Made by a program: the position numbers and the translations under genes. Below, in pieces: positions 63,870 through 64,000 of a stretch of DNA of 64,000 bases; position 1 is the stretch's first letter, and every line of letters starts with the position of its first letter. Source of the DNA: Stegostoma tigrinum (lineage: Eukaryota); contig NC_081362.1 in assembly GCF_030684315.1 (NCBI RefSeq), positions 89,111,022 to 89,175,021 on the forward strand, given 5' to 3'. The notes under the pieces were generated by a model, which was given only the letters and a program-made list of their open reading frames with translations, did not search any database and had not been told where the DNA came from.

Positions 63870-64000
63870 CTATGACTAAGTGGTTAGGATTTTGAAAGCA
63901 TTGTCTAACAGGGGAAACAGATTTGGAAGCAATTTTCGCTGTAGTATTGAATAAAAGGATTGGGAGAAAAATGTAAGTGCATACGGAAAGAGTCAGGAAG

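Larger units (their letters stand above)
62380..64000 (+). mobile_element. Nested cluster of CR1/HER1-like LINE 3' fragments
   Basis: ORF 62992-63462 LYKTLVRPHLEYCVQFWSP...RLRGDFIETYKI is a typical CR1 ORF2 C-terminus; older fragments on both sides. Confidence 0.85.

Overview
Vertebrate genomic DNA, most likely a cartilaginous fish (shark), inferred from HE1/V-SINE-like and CR1/HER1-like repeats. It holds two convergent protein-coding genes. HMBOX1 is on + with eight coding exons from 1213 to 14590, splicing to about 409 aa; any further 5' exons lie outside the window. The 3' part of KIF13B is on -, with eleven coding exons from 61809 down to 31578, including the CAP-Gly domain. Introns are dense in retroelements: two Penelope-like element (PLE) families (Neptune-like and Poseidon-like), CR1/L2-group LINEs, tRNA-derived SINEs and a Tigger-like MITE. 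The most striking structure is a series of Neptune-like PLE insertions built head-to-head so that the element's 3' terminus sits at both ends. These range from 2.8 kb to about 70 bp, most are flanked by 12-15 bp direct repeats, and their termini carry minimal hammerhead-ribozyme motifs. Several intact motifs lie in the sense orientation of the KIF13B pre-mRNA. Gene and family names come from recalled protein and repeat similarity; no database search was run.
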